Origin: a virus | Lineage: Duplodnaviria; Caudoviricetes | Virus record (IMG/VR): IMGVR_UViG_3300033475_000038 | Location: 1-49,395 of that record | Length of the DNA: 49,395 nucleotides | Strand: one strand, 5' to 3' | Position numbers and translations under genes: made by a program | In this document: in pieces, positions 16,490-26,000 of the stretch | Layout: every line of letters begins with the position of its first letter | Position numbering within the stretch: the stretch's first letter is position 1 | The notes under the pieces: generated by a model | The model's input: only the letters and a program-made list of their open reading frames with translations | Database searches by the model: none | Told to the model about the DNA's origin: nothing

Positions 16490-17865
16490 GCGGCCCGCTT
16501 CGCGATCCGACCGGCACCCTCGACGGCGTCACCTGGACCGAGCGCGTCGATCTCTCGATCGACGGCGGGATGGTCGTGCCGCCGGTCGCGCACTCGAACC
16601 CGATCACCCCGCCGAGCTACTACGCGGGACCGCTGCCGTACTACGGCGACTTCCAGCTCTCGGCCGCGCCGGGCCAGAACATGCAGCTCGTGATCGAGTT
16701 CGATAAGCCGATCAAGCAGATCCGGACGACGGCGCAGTTCGTCGGCGCGTCGGCGCTCGCGATGTACGCCGTCGTGCAGGAGTCCGACTTCAGCGGCGGC
16801 GGGCTGGTGTTCACGAGCCCCAAGTTCGTGACGTGGGATCTCTCGACGAGCGGCACACGCACGCTGACGTACGAGCCGGGGTTCCGGTTCGTCGTGCTCA
16901 GAACGCTCGTTATCAGTTCTCAAAACAACTCGCTGACGTTCGGGCCGACGTTCCGAAACACGTTCTTCTTCGAGAACATCACCGCCCCGGAGTCGTTCGA
17001 GCCCTTCGAGCCCGACCTGCACGTCCCTCGCGGCGTCGGCCGCACGATCTCGCTCCACTGGCCTGCGGCGGCGTTCGGAGCTGGTGATCCCATCAGTGGC
17101 GGGATGCGCGTGCGCCAGGATTGGACGGCGAACGTCGGCACGAGCGCGACGATGCTCTCGGGGATTCTCGGCGCGGGCACCGGCCCGGACGGCAGCGTCT
17201 ACTATCGCAACAAGTACGCGCTCCGGATGGCGGCGGCGGCGGGCTCGCTCGGCCGCGTTTTCTCGCCGCAGGGCGGCACGTCGCGCAACACGCAGATCTA
17301 CATCGCGACGCAGCAGCCGAACCGCGCGCTCATCGGCAAGCTGGACGAGATCGCGTGGTGGGAACTGCACATGACGATGGCGTTCGAGCAGCCGAGCGGC
17401 GTCATCGGCGGCGACGTGGGCATGGTGATCGGCCAGGGCCTCAACATCCGCATCCGTGATTCGGTCGCGAAGCAGGCGGGCTTCTCGTTTGGGCTCCGCG
17501 ACATCGACACGCTCGGGCTCTCGATCCGGAAGGTGACCGGCGCGGCGCTCACGTACGACAAGACGTACGTGCCGGGCAACCAGCTCCCGGCGGGGTTCGA
17601 TCTGGAGGACTGGCACGACTACAAGCTGCGCCTCAACTCGGCCGACTTCGGGCTCGATGCCGCGCTTCAGGTCCTCGTCGATGACCAGGTGATCGACACG
17701 ATCGCGTTCCCTGGGATCGCCCCCGACCCGAGCGACGGCTCGACGATCGGCTACTATTGGGCCTGGTCCAACCAGAACCGCGACTCGGGCGTCACCTCGC
17801 GGCTCTACCTCGCCCACGAGGGCCTGGCCCTCATCGCATCATCCACGGAGACCGGCCTTGCCTAG
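16486..17865 (+). CDS. Virion protein with lectin-like beta-sandwich (paralogue B)
   Basis: GGAGG RBS and ATGA coupling; DWHDYKLRL...LQVLVDDQVI is a ConA-like motif. Confidence 0.6.
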   Translation: MSGPLRDPTGTLDGVTWTERVDLSIDGGMVVPPVAHSNPITPPSYYAGPLPYYGDFQLSAAPGQNMQLVIEFDKPIKQIRTTAQFVGASALAMYAVVQESDFSGGGLVFTSPKFVTWDLSTSGTRTLTYEPGFRFVVLRTLVISSQNNSLTFGPTFRNTFFFENITAPESFEPFEPDLHVPRGVGRTISLHWPAAAFGAGDPISGGMRVRQDWTANVGTSATMLSGILGAGTGPDGSVYYRNKYALRMAAAAGSLGRVFSPQGGTSRNTQIYIATQQPNRALIGKLDEIAWWELHMTMAFEQPSGVIGGDVGMVIGQGLNIRIRDSVAKQAGFSFGLRDIDTLGLSIRKVTGAALTYDKTYVPGNQLPAGFDLEDWHDYKLRLNSADFGLDAALQVLVDDQVIDTIAFPGIAPDPSDGSTIGYYWAWSNQNRDSGVTSRLYLAHEGLALIASSTETGLA

Positions 17866-20317
17866 ACAGACCGCGCCCATCCCCTTCGGCGGCGGCCTCG
17901 ATCGCGACAGCGGGATCATGGTCGTCGATAAGTCCGCGTTTTCAGACATCCGTAATTGGCACCTTCGCTACGGCAAGATGGTGCTGCGCGGCGGCAACGG
18001 AAACACGGGCGCGACGTTCGGCACGGCGACCGACATCTGCGGCATCTGGCCGATCCGCGCGCGCGCGAAGGGCGCGGTCGTCACGTACGACTTCGCGGCC
18101 GTAGGCAACGGGCTCAAGCTGTGGATCGTGAACGCGGACGGCACCGCGCCGGTCGATACCGCTGCGCCGTTCTTCTTCATCGGCGGGCAGTCGGTGCCGC
18201 GCATCATCATGACCGACGTGTACGGCCGCCTGTTCATCGCGCACGACGAGCCCGACATCTCGAAGCGCATGAGCACCGTCGTGTACAACCTAAACACCGG
18301 AGCCTTCGAGGGGATCGGCGGGCTCGATGGCAGTCCGATCTTCCGGGGCGTCACGCGCTATTTGAGTTATCTCATCGGCTGGGGCTACGGCACGAACGCC
18401 GACCCGGATCGCCCGGAGACGCTGCGGATCTCACTGCCCGGCCAGCCGACCGTGTTCGATCCGCAGCACTACTTCCTCGTCGGCCAGCAGGGCGAGCCCG
18501 TGCTCGCGTGCGACAAGGCGGGCCAGGTTCTCGCGCTCAAGAAGCTGAGCGAGACGTTCCAGCTCGTCGGGTACGATCGCGCGACGTTCGGCGTGCAACC
18601 GCTCGACGGCGCGTTCGGCCAGATCGCGCAGCGGCTCTCCGTCTCGGTCGGCAACGTCAACTACTTCTGGAGCGAGAGCGGCCCCCGGCGCACGGCGGGC
18701 GGCGAGTCGGAAGATCTCGCGATCCCGCTCAACCTGCTCGGCCCCGCGCCCGATCCACTGGCGAGTGGCTTCGACACCGACGACGCCTTCGCGTACTACG
18801 ATCACGACCAGCGCGAGGTCGTGTTCTCGTTCGGGCAGTGGCAGTACGTGTTGCACTTGAGTGATCCCTCATCGCCGCGCTGGGGCTACAACCAGCTCGG
18901 GGTGAAGGTCGGCTGCGCGGGCACGTTCTACGAGCTGGCGGTCTCGACGCTCGCCGCGCCGCCCGCCATCGCGACGACGCTGGTCGCGCACACCGCCTCG
19001 ACCGATGGATCGCAGACGTGGAGCGTGTCGATCTCCGGCACCCCGGACCCGACTGACGCCGTCGAGTGGTGGGTGCGCGAGAAGGTGGGCACGTTCGCGA
19101 ACGTCTGGGTGAAGAAGTTCACCGAGCTGGTCGCGAGCCGCAGCTCGTGGTTCACGACGATCTCCGGGCTCTGGTGCGGGGAACCGAGCGATTGGGCGAT
19201 CCGGCCGTCGCGCCTCGGCGTGCCGGGCAGCGCGTACGTCTCGGCCGATCCGACGCTCTGGCCCGCCGCGACGCGCCACGTTGCCGATCCCGCCGCCTTC
19301 ACGACGCTGCCGACGCCGATCAACACGGAAGCGAACTACATCGACAACGGCACGGATCAAACGCTGGAGATCGTCAGCTCGCCGTTCACGGGCGAGGGCA
19401 CGCACATCCGGTACGAAGCGCAGGTCTCGGACGGCGTCGGCGGCTGGGACCCGTCCTTGACGATTCTCTCATTCGACATCGAGCGATTCACCTGCGACGT
19501 GTCGGCGTACGTGGGCCTCACGCGCGATGTGCGCTACCGGCGCAAGACGCTCGACGGCCTGGTCGGTCCCACGGCCTGGGTGACGATCGCGGGCGTCGTG
19601 TTCACCGATCCGCTCGCCGCGCTCATCACGGCGGTGAACGGCGCACCCGGCGACATCTACGGGATCTACATCGCCGGGCGCGGCATGGAGCTGGACGCCG
19701 GGAAGCTGAACACCTGGCACGGCCGCGACAACACGGGCATGAACGCGCCGAACATCTTCGCGGGCGCAGTCGAGCCGCCGTACACGGCGGGGCCGCCCCG
19801 GATCTCGTTCAACGGCACGACCGAGGAGCTGGGCGACATCACCATCGCCGACAACCCGGATCTGGCTCCGGCCGACCAGGGCATGACGGTCGTGTTCTGC
19901 ATCAAATGCACGGAAGCCGGAGCGGTGCGACGGCCGATGATCGAGCAGTTCGCGGGGCTCAAGCCTGCGCTCTGGTTCGATGCGTCGGGCGACGAGGAGG
20001 TGGACTACGGCGACGCGCCCGGCTCCGGCGCGGATCGGCGCGGCGATTGGGTGATCCTCGGCTTCACGGGCGACACCTCGACCGGCACCGTTCACGGCTA
20101 CGACGGCTCGACCGATCTCGGCGCGGACACCGGCCCCGGCGCACCAATCGGCTTCTGCATTATGAATCTCTTACGCGGCACGGGCGGCGCGCACTTCAAG
20201 GGTGACCTCTACGCGATCATCGTCACCCGGTCGGTGCTCACCGCAACGGATCTCGGGAACATCTACACCGAGCTATCAGCGGTCGCGCTGGTGGACGGCA
20301 TCACGGTGACCAACTAA
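17858..20317 (+). CDS. Tail nozzle/DNA-stabilisation protein (P22 gp10/T7 gp12-like propeller) with C-terminal FN3-like and LamG-like extensions
   Basis: TTG start; IPFGGGLD, LRISLPGQP, LKKLSETFQLVG and SVSVGNVNYFWSESG propeller blades; tail FKGDLYAIIV. Confidence 0.7.
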   Translation: MPRQTAPIPFGGGLDRDSGIMVVDKSAFSDIRNWHLRYGKMVLRGGNGNTGATFGTATDICGIWPIRARAKGAVVTYDFAAVGNGLKLWIVNADGTAPVDTAAPFFFIGGQSVPRIIMTDVYGRLFIAHDEPDISKRMSTVVYNLNTGAFEGIGGLDGSPIFRGVTRYLSYLIGWGYGTNADPDRPETLRISLPGQPTVFDPQHYFLVGQQGEPVLACDKAGQVLALKKLSETFQLVGYDRATFGVQPLDGAFGQIAQRLSVSVGNVNYFWSESGPRRTAGGESEDLAIPLNLLGPAPDPLASGFDTDDAFAYYDHDQREVVFSFGQWQYVLHLSDPSSPRWGYNQLGVKVGCAGTFYELAVSTLAAPPAIATTLVAHTASTDGSQTWSVSISGTPDPTDAVEWWVREKVGTFANVWVKKFTELVASRSSWFTTISGLWCGEPSDWAIRPSRLGVPGSAYVSADPTLWPAATRHVADPAAFTTLPTPINTEANYIDNGTDQTLEIVSSPFTGEGTHIRYEAQVSDGVGGWDPSLTILSFDIERFTCDVSAYVGLTRDVRYRRKTLDGLVGPTAWVTIAGVVFTDPLAALITAVNGAPGDIYGIYIAGRGMELDAGKLNTWHGRDNTGMNAPNIFAGAVEPPYTAGPPRISFNGTTEELGDITIADNPDLAPADQGMTVVFCIKCTEAGAVRRPMIEQFAGLKPALWFDASGDEEVDYGDAPGSGADRRGDWVILGFTGDTSTGTVHGYDGSTDLGADTGPGAPIGFCIMNLLRGTGGAHFKGDLYAIIVTRSVLTATDLGNIYTELSAVALVDGITVTN

Positions 20318-20817
20318 TGGGCGTCGTCAAGCATCTGTTCCTCGGCCGCAACGACGGAGCGGGGGCCGACCTGCTCAAAGTCGGCGACACGTTCCAGGAC
20401 GACGGCGAGGACTACAACGGCTTCGCGAAGTCGGATCGGCTCGCGGTCGCGGGCGTCGGCGGCGAGGCGGCGTACTACACGCTCTACGTGCCGGTCACCT
20501 TCGACACGGATCTCACGCCGCTTCGCGTGAAGGTGTACCTCGACGACGCGCTGCTCATCACGCGCGACTTCACGCTCGCCAACGCGGCCGACCCGGCGCA
20601 GCTCCGCACGGTGCTTGAGATTTCTCTCATGCAGAAGTTCAAGAACACGGTCACCGGCTATAACACGGCGGGGCTGTTCGCGCCTCGCGGCTGCTGGTTC
20701 CAGGTCTCGATCGAGACCGTGTTTCTGGGCGGTGTCGGCTTCGTGCAGATCGACGGCGTCGAGGTGGAGTACGAGGTCGTGCAGGAAGGCAAGCAGGAGG
20801 GTCAGAACAATCCATGA
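20317..20817 (+). CDS. Probable separately encoded C-terminal part of the nozzle
   Basis: TAATG coupling; LFLG...LLKV.D.FQDDG.DY and RGCWFQVSIE..QIDGVEVEYE resemble the end of gp10-like proteins. Confidence 0.55.
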   Translation: MGVVKHLFLGRNDGAGADLLKVGDTFQDDGEDYNGFAKSDRLAVAGVGGEAAYYTLYVPVTFDTDLTPLRVKVYLDDALLITRDFTLANAADPAQLRTVLEISLMQKFKNTVTGYNTAGLFAPRGCWFQVSIETVFLGGVGFVQIDGVEVEYEVVQEGKQEGQNNP

Positions 20818-20981
20818 AGCTGAGCCAGATCAAGACGAAAACGATCCAGGCGGCGAACGCTGCCGCGCTCGACACGGCCATCACCGCCTTCATCGAAACG
20901 CAGACCGAGGCGACGTTCCTCGATCTCCAGTACATCGTTGACGGCGGGTCCTACTCTGTTATCATCGTTTACACGAACTGA
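20814..20981 (+). CDS. Small protein (55 aa), Cse60/DUF2758-like beta-alpha-beta-beta
   Basis: Absent from the ORF track. MKLSQIKTKTIQAANAAALDTAITAFIETQTEATFLDLQYIVDGGSYSVIIVYTN; ATGA coupling. Confidence 0.6.
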   Translation: MKLSQIKTKTIQAANAAALDTAITAFIETQTEATFLDLQYIVDGGSYSVIIVYTN

Positions 20982-20994
20982 GCCGGAGAAGATC

Positions 20995-21636
20995 ATGGGA
21001 TTCAACGACATGATGGTCGCTGCCAACCCCTACGGTCGCCGCCGCCCGCCCGTGAACTGGAACGACCCGAACGCCACGGCGGCCGAGCAGGGCGACCAGT
21101 ACAACACCGCCTCCGGCTATGGCGATCGGGCCAACAGCGACTATCTCGGCGCGGCCGAGAACTTCGACGCCTCGAAGGCGCTGAACACCTACGCGCAGGG
21201 GGCGTACGGCTCGATCTCGGATGCGCTGAAGAAGCAGCTCAGCGATCTCTCCGGCCAGGCGACCGGCGCGGGCCGCTTCGACTCCGGGTTCTACGACCAG
21301 GACAACGGCACCGTCATCAACCAGGCGACGAAGCAGCTCGCCGACTCGATCGCCCAGCAGTCGATGGGGGCGCTCGGCGCGCAGCAGCGCAACACCGAAG
21401 GGCTCGCTGCGTTCGGCCAGTCGCAGCAGGGCACGGCGAACGATCTTCTCGCCGCCCGGCGCGAGGAGCAGGTGAACGCCCAGCGCGAGCAAGACGCGCA
21501 GAAGCGCGCGAAGAAGCGCGGGATCGGTGGACTCATCGGCGGCGTCATCGGCGGCGCGGGCGGCTTCCTGCTCGGCGGCCCGGCGGGCGCGGCGGCCGGA
21601 TACGGCATCGGCTCGCAGGTCGGGAGTTCCTTCTGA
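20995..21636 (+). CDS. Ejection (internal virion) protein 1
   Basis: GGAG RBS; Q/A/N/G-rich with a C-terminal glycine zipper GGLIGGVIGGAGGFLLGGPAGAAAG. Confidence 0.7.
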   Translation: MGFNDMMVAANPYGRRRPPVNWNDPNATAAEQGDQYNTASGYGDRANSDYLGAAENFDASKALNTYAQGAYGSISDALKKQLSDLSGQATGAGRFDSGFYDQDNGTVINQATKQLADSIAQQSMGALGAQQRNTEGLAAFGQSQQGTANDLLAARREEQVNAQREQDAQKRAKKRGIGGLIGGVIGGAGGFLLGGPAGAAAGYGIGSQVGSSF

Positions 21637-23030
21637 TGAGCCGCTACTCGCTGAACCTCCGTCCGATCTACGATCCCGGCGAGGCCGATCACTACCAGAA
21701 CGCCACGCGCGCGATCGGCGCGGGGCTCCAGATGTACAACGCGAAGCTCGACGCCGACCGTGCCGAGCAAAACCAGATGGCGCAGATCGGCGCGACGCCG
21801 GTCGAGTCGCGACAGGTCGGGCCGATGGATCGACTCCGCTCGATCGGCAGCGCCATCAAGAAGCGGCTCCGTCTCGGCAACGGCGCGGAGCCGAACGCCG
21901 TCGCGACCGACTACGACAACGACGCGGGCAACGAAGGCGACTTCGACATGGACGACATGTCGGGTCGCATCGCGCGCATGAACGCGGTCGGGACGAGCGC
22001 GATGCAGCCCTCGCAGCAAGGAAACGCTCCAACGGCTCCGCCTGTCCAAATCGACGCGAAGGGCCGGGTCGCGGGTACGAACCGCTTCCCCTCGATCACC
22101 GACCTCCAACCCACCGCGCCGTTCGTCCCGACCGATCGGCAGCCAGCGGTCAACCCCGCGCTCGGTGTCGCGCAGCAGGCGACGCCGGGTACGCCAGCTC
22201 CCGGCCCGAGCGGCAGGCCCCAGACGATCGGCGACGCGATCAAGCCGTACCTCTACCACGGGCGGAACGGCCAGGATTATCAGGTCGATCCGATGTACCA
22301 GGCGCGCATCGGCGTCGCCGGGCACGAGCTGGAAGCGGACGCGCAGGAGCGGCGCACCATCGCGACGGAGCAGCGCAAGCGGGGCGAGCAGACGCAGTCG
22401 CAGACCGAGGCAATCCAGGCGCTCATCGACGCGGGCATGAAGCCCGGCGAGGCGCGCGCTCGCGTGCTCACGAACACCGTCAAGTACGACGAGGTGTACG
22501 GGCCGCAGCGCGGGCAGATGACGTTCGACGAGCGGCAGCGACTCCAGAAGCAGCGCGACGACGCGGCGTACACACGCGCGCAGCTCATCGCGTCGGGCCA
22601 GCAGAACACGGCCGCGTATCACCAGGCGGAGCTGGCGCTCTCGAACGCCGAGCTGGCGCTCAAGATGGCCGACACCGAAGCGGCCGGTCATGACCGGGCG
22701 GCGGCGGCGGCGCAGAAGGACGTACCCGCGAACCCCGTCGATCGCGCCATCGCCACGGCGACGCCCGAGGGGGCGAAGCGTGTCGCCTCGGCCGAGAGCA
22801 CCGCGAGCACGCAGCGCGCGCAGGCGGAGAGCACGCGCGCGGGCGGCGTTCGGGCGGCGGCGGCTGCTGCCGCTCCGGCGCGCACCGGGAAGTTCACGCC
22901 CGAACAGACGCAGTCGCGTGCGAGAATGCTCAAGGATCGCGGCTACGACATCTGGCAGATCTACGATCTCATGCAGGAGGAGGGCTACAACGTCGCCAAG
23001 CCGCGCACCCCGCGCCCGGCGAAGAAGTAG
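21636..23030 (+). CDS. Ejection protein 2
   Basis: TGATG coupling; A/Q/R-rich helical sequence; middle of three genes of increasing size. Confidence 0.65.
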   Translation: MSRYSLNLRPIYDPGEADHYQNATRAIGAGLQMYNAKLDADRAEQNQMAQIGATPVESRQVGPMDRLRSIGSAIKKRLRLGNGAEPNAVATDYDNDAGNEGDFDMDDMSGRIARMNAVGTSAMQPSQQGNAPTAPPVQIDAKGRVAGTNRFPSITDLQPTAPFVPTDRQPAVNPALGVAQQATPGTPAPGPSGRPQTIGDAIKPYLYHGRNGQDYQVDPMYQARIGVAGHELEADAQERRTIATEQRKRGEQTQSQTEAIQALIDAGMKPGEARARVLTNTVKYDEVYGPQRGQMTFDERQRLQKQRDDAAYTRAQLIASGQQNTAAYHQAELALSNAELALKMADTEAAGHDRAAAAAQKDVPANPVDRAIATATPEGAKRVASAESTASTQRAQAESTRAGGVRAAAAAAAPARTGKFTPEQTQSRARMLKDRGYDIWQIYDLMQEEGYNVAKPRTPRPAKK

Positions 23031-26000
23031 ATGCCGACGCCGCCGCTCCAGCTTGAGGACATCTTCGCCGAACAGGGGCCGGGCAAGAAGAAGCCCGCCG
23101 CCCCCGAATCGGACGCATTTGACCTAGAAAGCGTTTTCTCGCCGCCGCCCTCGCAACTCGACACTGCGATGAAGGCGACGCCGCCTGCCCCGACGCCCGC
23201 GCCACGGCGCGGCATCTTCAGCGCGATCCACGACTTCCTCGGCTACCACGAGGCCCCGCAGAAGCCGGTCGAGGGTCCAGCGCCCACGCCCGAGCAGGAA
23301 GCGGCGGGGGCGCGCGCCGCCGGGAACAAGCTGATCGCGGGGGCCGCCGCGCCATCCGCGACGGCGACGCCGACGCAGACGTACGTGAAGAACCGCACGG
23401 GCGCGGTCGTGCCGCTCAACGAGCAGCAGCAGCACGACGAACGGCTGCGCCAGCAGATGGTCTCGACCGAGCAAGCGAACGCGACGCCCGAGCACTGGCG
23501 CGAGATCGCGAAGCGCGGCATGGAGCTGGGCTCGCAGCTCCACGCCGAGGGGAAGCACGAGGAAGCGAACGAGGTGCTGCGGAAGGCGTACAACGCCCAG
23601 CTCCTCGCGCAGTCCACCGAGAAGTCGGACACGTTCGGCAACATCGTGAGGAGTTCCGCATTAGGGATCGTGAAAGATCCCTTCGCGGCCGAGAAGCGGA
23701 ACATCGACGAGATCTCCCAGCAGGGGATGACGTTCTCGCCCGAGGAGCAGCAGCGGCTCCTCGGCGTGCGCGGCGCGACGACGCAGCGCGGCTTCGACAT
23801 CACGAAGGACATCGCGGCCCCGGCGGTCGGCCAGCTCCCGCTGCTCGCGGCGGGCGGTGCGGTCGGCCGGACGGCGACGGCGATCCTCGGCGCTGGGCTC
23901 GAACGCGCTGGCGCGGAGACGATCGGCCAGGGACTCGGCCGCCTGGCGCGCGGGATCGAGGTGCCGGAGGTCGCGGGGCCGCGCATCCCCACGTCGCTCG
24001 CGACGGAGGGCGGCCGGGTCTCGACGCTCGGCGCGCGCATCAGCGAGGAGGTGCAGGCGCTCCGCACGCAGCTCCCGTCGATCGTCGGCCGGGGCGCGAC
24101 CGAGGGGCAGATCGTCGGCGGCGTCGCGACCTATCGAGAAGCGCGCCAGCGCGGCGCGACACCCGAGCAGGCCCTCGCCGCCGTCGCCGAAGGGATCGTG
24201 CCGAATGCGGCGCTCGGCGTCACCGCCGAGACCGGGCTCGGGCTCGCCGGTCGCGCAGCGGGGCTCGGCTACGATCCGATCCGTCGCGCGTTCGTGCCGA
24301 TCGCTGACAAGATCCGGGGCGCGGCGGCCGACGTGCGCGACCGCTTCGGCGGCATCGTCACGCCGACCGACGAGCGCGAGCAGGTGCAGCTCGGGCCGGA
24401 ACCGCCGTCGCTCGAAGCGAAGCGCGGCGAGCTGGCGGGCAACATGGACCAGCTCCTCGCCGGTCGCCGCCAGGAAACGCAGCGGTCGATGGAGGACGTA
24501 TTCGCCGGGCAGGACACGCGCCCGGCCGGGCCGGAGTTCTGGGAGAACATTCCGCCCGAGCAGATCCCCCGCGAGACGGCGGGCGAGCGCATCGTCGGCC
24601 CGCGCGAGAACGTCGTCGAGCCGCCGCAGGGTCCGCTCCAGCGCGCGCCCGAGGGCACGCTCCGCACGGCGCAGCAGATCGCGATGGGCGAGCCGGTGCT
24701 CCAGCCGCACGAGGAGGCGAACGCTTTCCATCAGATGGTGCGCGCGCAGGAGACGGCGCGCGCGGAGACGGCGGCGCGCGAGTCAGCGGCGAACGAGATG
24801 CTGAATCACCCGGACTTCCGGCTGGAGCGCGCGGCGCAAGAGCGGCCGGGCGAGCAGCAGGGTCCGCTGACGTTGGCCCAGACGCTCGAAGGCGCGGCGC
24901 GCGGCGCGGAGCAGGGCGAACCGTTGGCGCAGGAGTACCACCAGGCGATCAACGACTACGCCGACGCTGCCGCCGCGATTCGCGACGCGGGCGAGAACGG
25001 TCCCTCGACGAAGGCGCAGGTCGCGCTGGCTCGCGCGCGCCAGGCGCTCGACGCCGCACGCACCCGCTACGGCAAGCAGTTCGGCGCGTCGGCCGTACTG
25101 GCGCTCGCGGCAAGCAACTCGGATCTCACGGATGAGGAGAAGAAGATGGTCGGCCTCGGTGGGCTCGCCATCCTCTCGACTGACATCGTCAAGCACGGCG
25201 AGATCCCGCCCGAGCGCGGGTTCGTGTCGCGGCTCCGCCAGGCGATCGAGGACCGCACCGTGTTCCCGAAGAAGTGGGACGAGGCCCGGCCCGCCGCCGA
25301 CTGGATCGGCAAGCTGTCCGGCTCGAACGCCTTCTCGAAGAAGGAGCTGGAGCTGCTGCGCCCGCGCTTGGAGGAGGCCCAGCAGCAGAAGGTGAAGCTC
25401 ACGCGCGCGAGCGTCGCCAAGATGGCCGAGGACGTTGCGCCGCAGATCGAGCGCATCACGCTCGGCTCGGGCGCGGGTCATCGCGTTGGCGAAGTCGCCG
25501 ATCTCGAAGGCGACGCCAACGACATTCACGACATCGACGAGTTCTCGGAGGAGGAGCAACGCGACCCCGGCTACATCCAGCAGCAGATCGCCAATCGGCA
25601 GACGCAAGTCACAGCCCACGAGGAGGACATCGAACGACAGCAGAGTGAAGCGCAGGAGGCGATGGACGACGCCGAGCGCACGCAGCGGCGTCGGCTCAAC
25701 GAGCTGCACGAGACCCTGGACAAATACGGGCTCTCGCACCGGGTCGCCGACGATGCGATCGACTACATCCACGAGCACGTCGAGGACGAGTACGTGCCGC
25801 GCGATACGATCGACAAGGCGATGGCGAAGATTCAGGACGATCTCTACGACGCTCGGCCGGACGATGAGAATGTTCTGAAGGAGAGCGGCTATAAGGTCAA
25901 GCAGGAGGAGCGCGAGGTGTACAAGGCGACGTACACCATCGACGGCGTCGAGCACGAGGAGGAGTTCACGCTCGAACCGAACGAGACCGAGGCCGACCTC

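Noticed and set aside
14170-20317. Diversity-generating retroelement acting on the lectin domains
   Set aside because: I found no reverse transcriptase and no template/variable repeat pair differing at adenines.
21633-21641. Hammerhead core CUGAUGAG (also at 32091)
   Set aside because: These are TGATG stop/start overlaps, with no flanking helices or GAAA partner.
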